This document shows positions 10,017 to 21,200 of a DNA stretch of 64,000 nucleotides, piece after piece. The stretch comes from an uncultured Planctomycetota bacterium. Lineage in GTDB: Bacteria > Planctomycetota > Planctomycetia > Isosphaerales > Isosphaeraceae. The position numbers and the translations under genes were made by a program. How positions within the stretch are numbered: position 1 is the stretch's first letter; every line of letters begins with the position of its first letter. The stretch covers positions 1,408,001 to 1,472,000 of the forward strand of contig CAWGMQ010000006.1 in the NCBI GenBank assembly GCA_963823665.1, written 5' to 3'. The notes beneath the pieces are model-generated. The model was not told the DNA's origin. It saw nothing but the letters and a program-made list of their open reading frames with translations, and did no database searches.

Positions 10017-10565
10017 TCAGCGTCGAGTCCTCCTCAGCCATCGGGGGACCCTGGCCTGGTACTGGCGATAAGTCTCGCCGAATTGCTTCTCGAGCCCGCG
10101 CTCCTCCCACGGCAAGATCAGGATGATCACGACCGTCAGGACCACCAGCCCGACCACAACAGCGAGGCTGCCGAAGAGGGTCGCCCAGCCGAGCCAGAGC
10201 GCCAGCTCAGCAACATACCCCGGGTTGCGTGTGTAGGCGTAGGGTCCAGCGGTCATCAAGAAGGGTGGGCCCAGTCTCTGCAACCGCTCTGGGAGCTCTC
10301 GGATGCGCGCCAGGCCCGAGGCGAAGATCCAGATGAGCAAGGCGGTGCCGGCCGCGATGGGGATCAGCCCCAGCCAGTTCCAGGTCCCTGGGTAGCCTGC
10401 CGTCCATCCAAAGCGAGGCGCAAGCCACGAGAGGGCCCATGGCAGGACACCATGGGCCAGCGGCACGCCGACCAACCAGCCGAAGAGTGCCAGGATGACG
10501 ACGACCCACCGCGGAATTCCGCGTCCGCGCGTCGAGTTCCCGTCGGGAGTTGTTGTTGTGCCCAT
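10017..10565 (-). CDS. Isoprenylcysteine carboxyl methyltransferase / phospholipid methyltransferase family membrane protein
   Basis: Hydrophobic segments plus LMTAGPYAYTRNPGY and EERGLEKQFGETYRQYQARVPRW motifs; start placed at MGTTT. Confidence 0.85.
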   Translation of the reverse strand: MGTTTTPDGNSTRGRGIPRWVVVILALFGWLVGVPLAHGVLPWALSWLAPRFGWTAGYPGTWNWLGLIPIAAGTALLIWIFASGLARIRELPERLQRLGPPFLMTAGPYAYTRNPGYVAELALWLGWATLFGSLAVVVGLVVLTVVIILILPWEERGLEKQFGETYRQYQARVPRWLRRTRR

Positions 10566-10674
10566 GGAGTTCGCCCTTCGAGTCGCTCGGAGCTTACTTG
10601 CGGCCGGCGTGGGCTCGCCGGCCGCCTCTTTTCCTGTGACACTGACGGCCACGACTTTTCATGAAGCGCAGTGC

Positions 10675-12473
10675 TCAAGTCGTGGTGTAGACTCCGAAAA
10701 TGTCGTCGGCGCTCGTCGACGCGAAATTCAGAATCACCTTGCTCGACTTGGTGAGCGTCACGAGGGCGCCTGTGTCGATGTAGAGTCCGCCGCCTGAGCC
10801 CTGGCCGATGGCGCCGCCTATGCCGGGGGAGCCGCCCACGGCGCCGTTGGCAACGATCCATGTGGCATCGATCGTGGCGGAGCTCCCCGCCAAAACCGAG
10901 ACCCCGCCGCCTGCGCCGTCGCCACCGTTGTTCCCGGCCCCTCCGGCGCCGCCCTGGGCCAAATTGCCGATGATGGTGCTATCGGTCAGAGTCAGAGAAC
11001 AATTGTCCGGCGCACCATAGATGACGCCACTGCCGACGTCGACGCCGCCGCCAACGCCGTCGCCGCCCGCGGACCCGGCGCCACCTGCCCCGCCTATGGC
11101 CTGATTGGCCATGAGGATGGTGTTGCTGACGGTTACCGGCGAGCCAAATGCGAGGTCGATGCCACCGCTCACACCGGGGGCGCCCAGCCCGCCGCCAGCC
11201 CCGCCACTGCTGCCGCCGGCCCCGCCGCGAGCGACGTTGTCAGCGAATAAACAGCCATCCACAAGGGCCGACTCGACCGCGATGAGGGAGATACCGCCTC
11301 CTTCCCCGATACTGCCGGCGCTGCCGGCCACGCTGGCGCTGCCGGCCGCCCCGGCGCCGCCAACGGCCTGATTCCCGACGAGCGTACTGTCGGTAATGGT
11401 CGCGGTAGCGGAGGTCACGCCGAAGATGCCGGGGAGGCAGAAGATGCCGCCGCCGGCGGTCGCACTGCCGCTCGAGACAGTCTGCGATGGGACGGCACCT
11501 GGGGCCATGGGCGTGCCCAGGGCCAGGTTGTTGGTGAGCGCCGAATTGCCAACGATCAAGCTCGCGAAATTGTTGATCCCGCCGCCTTGCCCGGAGCCAA
11601 AGTTGTTTTGGCCGTCACCGCCGGCTGCACCGATCGCTGCGTTGCCGCTGAGCGTGCAGTCCGTTACGGTCATCCTCGCGCCAAAGTTGCTGGAATTGCT
11701 GAGGCGCCTCCACCGGCACTGGCGCCGGGGCTGCCGCCCTTCGCCTCGTTTCCGGTAAACGTGCTATTACTGATCGTGGCCGGGCCGGTGGCTTCATAGT
11801 TAACGTCTATGGCACCGCCGAGTGCGAGGATGTAGGTGGTACCGACGTTGGAATCATTGGCGCCGATGCCGATGGCCTTGTTGGCGCCGAAGGTGCTGCT
11901 GGTGACGTAGAGCGCTCCTGACGAGTCGTCCTCGATGGCGCCACCGAACCCACCGCCGGCCGTATCGCCGGGGGCCTGCGTAATGCCGAGGGCCTCGTTG
12001 TCGGTCAGCGTGCAATTGCTGATGCTGAGGCTAGCGCTGCCCTGCAAAAGGATGCCGCCTCCCGAGTTCGCCAGGCCTTCGGTGATGGTCAGGCCGGCGA
12101 TGCTTACGCTGGCATCGCCACTGATGTCGAAGACCTGGTAGGTGTCGTTGCCGCTGACCGACAGCTTGTTCGCCCCCGGGCCATTGATCGTGACACTGCC
12201 GGCGATCGGCAATGTGCTCTTCAGCGTGATAGTGCCGTGGAGCCCCGGAGCGAACGCAATGGTCGCGTCGCCGGACTGGATGCCCGCCCGTAGCGAGTAG
12301 GCACCGCTGTCATTGGTGTTCATGACCATGAAGGTGCTGAGCAGCCTCCGGTCCTCCAATCCTTCCAGGCGCGGCAGGATCGAGCGCCGCGAAAGGGTGT
12401 GTCTTGATCCAGGCCGCCGCGACCGATTCGCGGGGCTCGTTGCCAACCGTCTGAACCAGGATGCAGACAACAT
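10675..12473 (-). CDS. LEPRxLL-leader Gly-rich beta-helix protein, frameshifted near 11705
   Basis: ATG 12473 with GGAAAGG; LEGLEDRRLLST. Adding one C (GGCGCCTC to GGCGCCCTC) joins ORF 11670-12506 to ORF 10675-11673. Confidence 0.85.
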
Positions 12474-12530
12474 GATGCACGCCTTTCCGATAGAACGGGT
12501 CCGCAAAAAGTAACCCGCTCACCCAGGCTT

Positions 12531-12664
12531 GCGGACCGAACGCCCGGGCTAGCAACCCCGATCTGATTCACGGTTCACCACGTGCGACCGGCTCGTCCGG
12601 GCGCAGAGTGATCGCCGGGCGTCAGCCGCTCCGGCGAGCCTTCCGCTGGCGGCGAAGCTCACCG
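12531..12664 (-). promoter_or_regulatory. Two sigma54-like motifs plus an imperfect palindrome
   Basis: CGGGCGTTCGGTCCGC (12531-12546, 58 bp before ATG), CCGGCGATCACTCTGC (12603-12618), CGGCGAAGCTCACCG (12650-12664). 12601-12685 aligns with 13831-13915. Confidence 0.45.
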
Positions 12665-12712
12665 GGTGACTGTTTTTGCTCTGTTTCCCCCGTCAGTCAC
12701 GCGCGCCAAAAG

Positions 12713-13774
12713 CTACGTCAGGATGTACGTGCCGTCGATGTTCGGATCGGTCGAGGCGGTGTTGTTGACGACATGCGCCACCGTGAAGGGGTCGATATAG
12801 ACGGTGGCACTTGAAACAATGTAGATGCCGCCGCCGGCGGAGCTTGCCGAATTGGATTCGACAGTGTCGTTGGTAAGAGTTACCGTGCCGCCGGCGACAT
12901 ATAGGCCGGCTCCGTCGCTTGAGCCACCGTCAGACGAAAACTGGTTACCGTTGATGCTGGTCGTGGTAATAGCGACCCGTCCGCCGGCGACGTAAAGGGC
13001 GCCGCCGTAGGCCGCGCCGCCAGGGCCGGCACTGCTGATCCCGCCCTCAGCGATATTCCCTTCGAAGGTGGTGTCGCTGATGTTGGCAGTGCCGCCGGCA
13101 ATGTACACAGCCCCGCCGTAAGCATTGCCAGGCAGTGACCCGCAGAAACAGGGAGACCCTGAAACCCCAGTGCCTTGGCCACCGATGGCGGTGTTGTTCT
13201 CAAATAGCGTGCCGTTTTCCAAGGTCAGCGAGCCGCTGGACCAAATGGCCCCGCTCTGTCCCTGACTGCCACTGTAAAGTGCAAAGCCCGTCTTGTTGCC
13301 GCTTACCGTCACAGCGCTCAGGGTGAGAGCGCCTTGGTTATAGATTGCCCCGCCCTTTCCGCCCTCATTAGTAAACCCACGCACTTGCAAGTTGTCTAAC
13401 GTCAGCGTGGCGCCGGGCGCTACGGCGATCATGGACCAGCCTTTTTCCGGCGTGATGGTGTTGTCACTGTTGCCGACGATGGTCAAGTTGTCGGTGGCAG
13501 TGATCTCCGGCAGTGGGCTGTTCAATAATCGATAGGGTGAACTGGTCGGAGCGGTCAGCGTGATCGTGTTCGCGCCGCCGGCCTTGTTGGAGAGGTTGAT
13601 GTCGGCGATCAGGTCCGAAACGGTGAGCGCAGGGTAGCTCGCCAGCAGCGCCCGACCTTCGAGATGCTCCAAGGAAAGGAGTGCCCTTTTGCGGCGCGAT
13701 ACCGAGGTGCGACGTTGGCCGCGCCGGGCCGGGCTGCGCGAAAAAGTCCAGGGAAGGCAAGAGGAAAGGAACAT
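12713..13774 (-). CDS. LEPRxLL-leader beta-helix protein with Pmp-like GGA(I/V/L) and FxxN repeats
   Basis: ATG 13774 with AAAAGGAG; LEHLEGRALLAS; GGAIY, FENNTA, GGAVY, FEGNIA, GGALY. Confidence 0.88.
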   Translation of the reverse strand: MFLSSCLPWTFSRSPARRGQRRTSVSRRKRALLSLEHLEGRALLASYPALTVSDLIADINLSNKAGGANTITLTAPTSSPYRLLNSPLPEITATDNLTIVGNSDNTITPEKGWSMIAVAPGATLTLDNLQVRGFTNEGGKGGAIYNQGALTLSAVTVSGNKTGFALYSGSQGQSGAIWSSGSLTLENGTLFENNTAIGGQGTGVSGSPCFCGSLPGNAYGGAVYIAGGTANISDTTFEGNIAEGGISSAGPGGAAYGGALYVAGGRVAITTTSINGNQFSSDGGSSDGAGLYVAGGTVTLTNDTVESNSASSAGGGIYIVSSATVYIDPFTVAHVVNNTASTDPNIDGTYILT

Positions 13775-13832
13775 AGTCAAGCTCCTTTTGTGTGCGGTCC
13801 GCGGTGGAACGACTGAGCAAGTGCCCCCGTGC

Positions 13833-13895
13833 GCAGACCGAGCGCCAGGGCTCTGCCGATGCGCTCAGACTCCTGCTTGGCGGTGAGACTCACCG
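13833..13895 (-). promoter_or_regulatory. sigma54-like motif plus a perfect 15-bp palindrome
   Basis: CTGGCGCTCGGTCTGC (13833-13848, 59 bp before ATG) and CGGTGAGACTCACCG (13881-13895). Confidence 0.5.
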
Positions 13896-13935
13896 TCCGC
13901 TTTTTGGTTGTCTTGTTCAGCTCGCCGTCAGAATG

Positions 13936-16900
13936 CTATCCCTTGGCGTCTCCTGCTTTCTTCAGCAATGCCGCCACATCGGCCCAGAGCTTCCGCCATG
14001 CCTCCCGCTCAAGGGCCGCCAGCTTTTCGAGCGACGCCGGATCACGGACACTGGCCAACGCGAAGTCGCGCTGCCAGTGCTCAAGCGCGGCCCGCATGAC
14101 TTGGCGATCCGCTGGCTTGCCGGCTTCCAGTCGTTTGGCCCACTGGCCCAGCTCGGTCCGCAGCCAGGCCAAGGCCTGCTGGCGCAGCCGGCTTTGTTCC
14201 TTGCCGTCCAGTTTTTCGGCATCCGACCCTTGACCCGCCGCAGCCAGGGCGGCGTAACAGGCGGCGTGATAACAACGCCCGGTTTTCAAGTCATCCGCCA
14301 GTTTCGGGTCGGCTGTGAAAGCGTCGGCGTAGAGCCGGGCGCCGGCGACGTACCGGCGCGTGAGCTGGCACACTTCCAAAATGCCAAGGCGTTCGCCGTT
14401 GTCTGCCGGCGTGGCTTTCCCCGCGAGAGCGTCGACCAACTTCGCCTCCAACTGGACGAGCCGTTCGGCGTTGGCTACCCATTGGGCCGACGGGTAGCGC
14501 CAGTCCTGGCGCTTGCTGCCCAAGGCGTGCCCACGCTTCATGAAATCGAGAGAAGCCGATAACTGGCCCTGTGAGCGAAGAATACCGGCCAGCGCACAGT
14601 GCGCCTCGGCATACTCCGGTTGAAGATCGATGGCCTTGCGGAATTCGGTGATCGCCTCGTCCCACTGGTTCTTGGCCCAAAGTGCGTTCCCGAGGTTTTT
14701 GCGGGCTTCTGCGCACTTGGGGTCGAGCTCGATCGCCTTCCTGTATTCGGCGATCGCCTCGTCCAACTGGTTTTTGACGTGCAGGCAATTGCCGAGCATG
14801 CTGTAGGCCAATGCGAGCTTGGGGTCGAGCTCGATGGCCTTCTTGCATTCGCCGATGGCCTCTTCCAACTGGCCCTTGCCCAGCAGTGCGCGGGCGAGGT
14901 TGTGGTGGGCCGGCGCGAGCTTGGGATCGAGGTCGATAGCCTTCTTGTATTCCGCGATGGCCTCTTCCACCTGGTTCTTGCGGTAGAGAGCGGTGCCGAG
15001 GTTTTGGTGGGGCAGCGCAGCCCGGGATCGAGGTCGATGGCCTTCTTGTATTCGTCGATGGCCTCGTCGACCTGATTATTGCTGCTCAGAGCGGCGCCGA
15101 GTTCGTTGTGGGCCGGCGCGAGCCTGGGGTCGATGTCGATGGCCTTCTTGTATTCGGCGATAGCCTCCGCCACCTGGTTCCTGCTGCGCAGAGTGATGCC
15201 GAGGTTAAGGTGGGCCATCGCGTCCTTGGGATCGAGATCGATGGCCTTCTTGTATTCGGCGATAGCCTCCTCCACCTGGTTCTTGCGGCGCAGAGCGGTG
15301 CCGAGGTTGTGGTGGACCGGCGCGAGCTTGGGATCGAGGTCGATGGCCTTCTTGAATTCCGCGATGGCCCCCTCCACCTGGTTCTTGCGGAAGAGAGCGG
15401 TGCCGAGGTTGTGGTGGGCCAGCACGAGCGTGGGATCGAGGTCGATGGCCTTCTTGTATTCGGCGATAGCCTCCTCCATCTGGTTCTTGTCGCTCAAAGC
15501 GGCGCCGAGGTCGTTGTGGGGCGGCGCGAGCCTGGGATCGAGGTCGATGGCTTTCTTGAATTCGGCGATGGCCTCCTCCACCTGGTTCTTGCGGCGTAGC
15601 GCGGTGCCGAGGTTGCTGTGGGCCGGCGCGAACTTGGGATCGAGGTCGATGGCCTTGCGGTGTTCGGCGATGGCCTCCTCCAGGTGGTTCCTGGCCAGAA
15701 GAACGATGCCGAGGCTATCGTGGGCCTCCGCGTACCTGGGGTCGAGATCTATGGCCTTGCTGTATTCGGCGATGGCTTCGTCCCACTGCCTCTTGGCCGC
15801 CAGTGCGAGTCCGAGGTCGTTGTGGCCGTGCGCATACTTGGGGTCGAGGTCGATGGCCTTGCGAAGAGAGAGGATGGCCTCGTCCAACCGCTTGCGGCGG
15901 TACAGGACAACGCCGAGGTTATGGTGGGCAGCGACGGCAGCCGGATGCAGCGCCAGGGCTGTTCGGAAACAACCGATTGCTTCTTCCAGGATTGCGGGGG
16001 AATTATCCTCGCTCTTTATCAGGCAAGACCCCAGGTCAAAATGGATCCAAAAATCCGTAAGGTGGCGGCCGCGCGCCCAGCGGAGCAGGTCCACGGCTTC
16101 CTCGCGGTCTCCTTGCGAAAACAGTCTCCCGGCCAGCAGATTGAGACTGGACGATGGCAGGGACAGCCGCCGTGCTTGGCCGCTCAAGGCCCGCAGTGCC
16201 GTGGCGTCCTTGCCAGCGGCCGCGGCGCGAAACTGCCGCCGCCACGGATCGTCATCCGCCGTGGCCGCGATCACCCGCATCGGGTTGGGCGACTTCACTA
16301 TCATGCCCAGGTTGAGTTGCCACCAATCTTCAAGCGCCACGATCAGGGCCTCGCGGATGGCGGGTTGTTCAGCGCGGATGCGCCGCGCCAGCTCTTCGGT
16401 TCGACCGGACGTCACTTCCAGACCGTAGGCCGCGAACGCCGCGGCATATTTCGCGGGCGAGTCTGAAACGTCCAAATTGTTTCGGATCGACATCTGTCGC
16501 GCCATGCGGGCGTCATCCAGGCCGTGGAACAGGTTTGCCGTCCGCCGCGCCTGCGCCAATTGTTTTTCGATCTGTTGTTGTACGTCCAGCACCCGCTGAC
16601 GCAGACGCTCATCGGCCATTCCGGTCTTCAAGGCGGCCTCCGCCTGGGCCAGCGACGCTTCCGCCTGTCGCCAGAGTGCCAGGACGGCGTCCGCCTCCTG
16701 GCTCGTCGCGCTCGGCACTTCACCAGCCTGCTTGCGCCACTGGTCCGTCTGAACTAACGCCGCGTTCACGGTTTGTTCCGTTTCGGCCATGCGCGTTGAC
16801 AGCTCGGTGCGACGCGCTGCCCGGTCCAAAAGCGCCCAGGTGACGCCGCCGACTGCCAGGAGCAACACCAGGGCAGCCGCCGCGGCGATCTGTAGCCCCG

Positions 16901-18110
16901 CCTTGTGCCGCCGCGTGAACTTGCCGAAGCGATACCAGGCCGACGGCGGGCAGGCAGCCACCGGCTCGTCGTGCAAGTAGCGCTCGACGTCCCGAGCCAG
17001 CTCGTTGGCCGTCTGGTAGCGGCGCGTGCGGTCCTTGTCGAGCGCCTTCATCACGATCCAGTCGAGCTCGCCGCGCAAGAGCCGGCAGAGCCGCTTTGGA
17101 TCGCTCTGCCGCTCGGCCGAGACCGTCACCGCTGAGGGGCCCAGGCTGCTCAGACGGGTGCTCGGGGTGGGGGGATCCTCTTCCCGGATGATCCGCCGCA
17201 TCTCGTCGTAGCCCGCCGTGCGCAGCCGCTCCTTGTCAAACGGCGTAATCCCCGCGAGCAGCTCATACAGCAGCACGCCCAGCGAATAGATGTCGCTGCG
17301 CGTGTCGATGTCCAGACCGCTCAACTGGGCCTGCTCGGGACTCATGTACATCGGTGTGCCGACCATCTGCGCGAAGCCCGTGAAGAGCGTCTTGTCCGTG
17401 AGCTGCTGCCCCAGTGCCTTGGCGATGCCGAAGTCGATCACCTTGACGACCGGCACGCCGTCGTGCAGCGTCACCATGACGTTCGAGGGTTTTAAGTCCC
17501 GGTGAATGATGCCCTTGTGGTGCGCGTGCTGCACGGCATGGCAGACGTGTGTGAACAGCACCAACCGCTCTTGCGTGGTCAGGCGGTTCTGATCGCAGTA
17601 GTCGGTGATCGGCACGCCCTTGACCAGCTCCATGACGAAGTGAGGGCGGCCCGAGCCAGTCTCACCGGCTTCGAGCACCCTGGCAATGTTGGGATGGTCC
17701 ATGAGTGCCAGCGCCTGGCGCTCGGCCTCGAAGCGGGCGATCACTTGCCGGGTGTCCATGCCGGGCTTGAGGATCTTGAGGGCCACCTTCCGTCGGACCG
17801 GCTGGTGCTGCTCGGCCATGAACACCAGGCCAAAGCCCCCCTCGCCGATCTGTTCCAGGAGCTTGTAGGGACCGATGATCGCGCCGGGACATTCGGTGAT
17901 CGGCGCGTCAATTGTTGCAGTGTGGCCAACCGGGGACGATTCCAGGAAGCTTCTCTCCTCTTCGTAAACCCGTAGCAGCTCCCCGAGCCGGTGCATGGCC
18001 GCTGGATGATCGCCGCAGGCCTCTTGAAGGTAGGCGGCGCGCTCTTCCGGCGCGGCGATGAGGCGGGCACGGTTGAAGATCTCTTTTTCCTCGAAAAGCT
18101 CGGCTGCCAT
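13936..18110 (-). CDS. Membrane Ser/Thr kinase with long TPR array, frameshifted near 15018
   Basis: [32 protein letters not shown] segment AGLQIAAAAALVLLLAVGGVTWALL; 34-aa repeats AH.NLG.AL..KNQ.EEAIAEYKKAIDLDP continue across ORFs 14538-18110 and 13936-14970. Confidence 0.92.
14620..15950 (-). repeat. Tandem 102-bp TPR-coding repeats
   Basis: Recurring ggatcgaggtcgatggccttcttg(t/a)attc at about 102-bp period. Confidence 0.85.
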
Positions 18111-18127
18111 GGTTCGTTCCTCTATCT

Positions 18128-18159
18128 ATCAAGGCGGAATCCGAGCCTGGCTCCCCTAA
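18128..18159 (-). promoter_or_regulatory. Conserved kinase-upstream element, copy 2
   Basis: TTAGGGGAGCCAGGCTCGGATTCCGCCTTGAT, 17 bp before ATG 18110. Confidence 0.65.
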
Positions 18160-18235
18160 GGTTATGGGCAAAATAACTAAGGCGCGGAGATCGGATCCGG
18201 TGCATGTTCTTCAATGGGAAAGGTCGCGGTGACAC

Positions 18236-21200
18236 TCAGAGGTAGATCACGGTGCCATCGAAGTTGCCGTTGCTGGTCGAGGCGACATTAGCGGCGACCG
18301 TCGTTTTCTTGAGGGTGACGAGCGCGCCGGTGAAGACATAGAGGCCACCGGCTGCGCCATCGCCGTTGCTCCCACCGACGCCGGCCAGACCGCCCATGGC
18401 CATGTTCCGGGTGAGATCCATCTGGACGAGGGTCGCGGAGCCGCCAGCGCCGACGAAGGCACCGCCGCCGGAGCCGTTGCCGCCGTCGGCTCCCGAGCCG
18501 CCGCGGCCGCCTTGAGCCCCGTTGCCGATGAGCGTGCTGTTCGTGAGGACGATCGACGACGTGTCCGAAGAAGTACCGAACGCGATGCTACCGATGGCCA
18601 CGGCGATGCCGCCACCGATGCCGTCGCCGCCGTTGGCCCCCAAGTCGCCGGCACCGCCTTGGGCCAGGTTGACCGCGAACGTGGTCGTTGTGACGGTCGC
18701 GGTCGAGTTATCGGAAAGAGCCAGGCCGCCGCCGATGCCCGCTCCGCCGTTGCCGCCCGCGTAACCGGCACCGCCTGTTGCCCGGTTCGCTCCGAAGGCG
18801 CTGCTGGTGATGGTTGCGGTCGAGTTATTCTCGAGATCGACACCGCCCCCGATGCCATCGCCGCCGGCGCCGCCCTCTGCCGTGTTATCGAACAATGTGC
18901 TGCTGGTGAGCGCGAGACTCCCGTCGCTGCTAAAGATGCCGCCGCCTTCTGCGAAGCTGCCGCCGCTGGCCTGGTTCGTGATGATACTGCACGAGGAAAT
19001 GATCAGTGTGCCGTGGTTGAAAAGGCCGCCGCCATCAACGGCGGTGTTGCCGCTGACGGTGCACTTGGTCAGCGTGGTCGTGCTGCCGCCGTACCCGTTA
19101 GCCACGCCGCCGCCGTTGTTGCCGGCAGAGTTTCCGCTGATCGTGCAGTTGGTCAGCGTGGCTATCGGGCCATAGGTTGCCATGCCGCCGCCATTGTAGC
19201 CGGCCGTGTTGCCGCTGACGGTGGAGCTCAAGAGCATGATCGGGCCCGCGTTGAAGAGGCCGCCGCCGCTGTTGAAGGCGAAGTTGCCGCTAACGGTGCA
19301 GCTCGTCAGCGTGGCGCTCGCTCCTTGAACACTTGCCAGCCCGCCGCCGTTCGCGCCCGCCGAGTTGCCGCTGACGGTGCACTTTGAGAGCGTGATCGCC
19401 CCCGTGTTGAAGAGCCCGCCGCCGTCGGAGGAGGCGTAGTTGCGGTTGACCGTGCAGTTGGTCAGCGTCGCGAAGCCGTAGTTGTAAATGCCTCCGCCGG
19501 ACCCTTCGTAGAGGTACGGCAACCGGACTTCGGAGCTGGCTGTGTTGCCGCTGATGGTGCAGTTGGTCAGTGTGATCGCGCCGCTGTTCTCCAGGCCGCC
19601 GCCGCCGTATCGACCGTTGCCGCCGGTGATCGTCAGGCCCGAGATTGCCGCCGTGACGGGCCCGTCGATCTGGAACACCCGGCTCAGCCCGCCGCCGCTG
19701 ACCGTCACGCCTGCTGCTGGGCCGATGATCGTCTCCGTCCCGCTCGGGTCGCTCAACTCGAGCTGGAGACCCGCCAGAGTGATCGTCTGGACGGTGGCGA
19801 AAACGGTCGGGTCGAACGTGATCGTGTGGCCGGGAAGCGCGTTGGCGCTGGCGATCGCCTCGCGAAGGCTGGTCTTGCCGTCGGTGGGATCGGAGTAGTC
19901 GGCGGTCGTGTTGACGACAAAACTCGGAACGATGACAACCTGCAGCTCATAGGCGCCGATGTCGACACTGCCGTTGAAGAACCGTGGTGAGCCCCGCTGG
20001 TCGGTCGTGACTCCGGCAGGCACGAGCGCGGTGCTGCCGGCGCCGATTGCCGGGCTGCCGTAAAGCAGGGGCATGGTCTCTGTTGGCCCGCCGTAGTCGC
20101 CCAGCGGGGCCAGCTCGGCATTGAGCGGTAACGCGTCGGTGCCGGTCTGGTCGGAGCCCACCCAGCCCGAGCTGGCGTCGGCGGCGCCGATCAAGTTGTT
20201 GCCGTCGGATATGAAGATTCCATTGACGTCAGGCCCGCCTATGCCGATATTCCCGGCGACGATCGTGTTGCCCAACGTGGTCGAGCCGTAGATGTTCTCG
20301 ATGCCACCGCCGCTGGGGGCGGTGTTGCCGCTGATCGTGCAGTTCAAGACCGTGGCCGTGCCGCGGTAGTTTTCCAGGCCCCCGCCGTCGCCGGATAGTG
20401 AAGAGTTGCCGCTGATGGTGCAATTGGTCAGTGTTGCCGAGCCGAAGAGGTCATCCAGGCCGCCACCGTAGTGGGCGGAGTTGCCACTGACCGTGCAGTT
20501 CATCAGTGTGGTCGTGCCGCTGCTCGCGAATAACAGCAAGCCGCCACCGTTGCCGTTGCCGGCGGAGTTGCCGCTGACCGTGCAGTTGGTCAGCGTCACG
20601 GTGCCTGAGGCGTTCTCCAGGCCGCCGCCGTAAGCGGACGAGTTGCCGCTCAAGGTGCAGTTGGTCAGGGTCGTCGTGCCGAAGTCGTTCGCCAGGCCCC
20701 CGCCCTCGCCCGCCTGGTTGCCGCTGACCGTGCAGTTGGTCAGCATGGCCGCGCCGGAGGCGATCGCCAAGCCCCCGCCCGCGTTGGCCGAGTTGCCGCT
20801 GAGGGTGCAGTTGGTCAGCGTCGTGACGCCCCCATCGGTGTCCAGGCCCCCGCCGTAGCCGGCCGAGTTGCCGCTGAAGGTGCAGTCGGTCAGCGTGGGC
20901 GCACCGCCCGAGCTGTACAGGCCTCCGCCGAAGCCGGCCGAGTTGCCGCTCAACGTGCAGTCGGTCAGGGTGATCGTGCCGTAAACCACCAGGCCCCCGC
21001 CGGAGCCGTAGTAGCCGGCGTTGCCGCCGGTGATCGTCAATCCCGAGATTGACGCCGCGACGAGCCCGTCGACTTGAAACACTCGGCTCAGCCCGCCACC
21101 GCTGACAGTCAAGCCCGCCGCCGGGCCCTTGATCGTCTCCGTCCCGCTCGTGTTGCTCAGCTCGATCTGCGTGCCGTTCAAAGTGATCGTCTGCGGCGTC

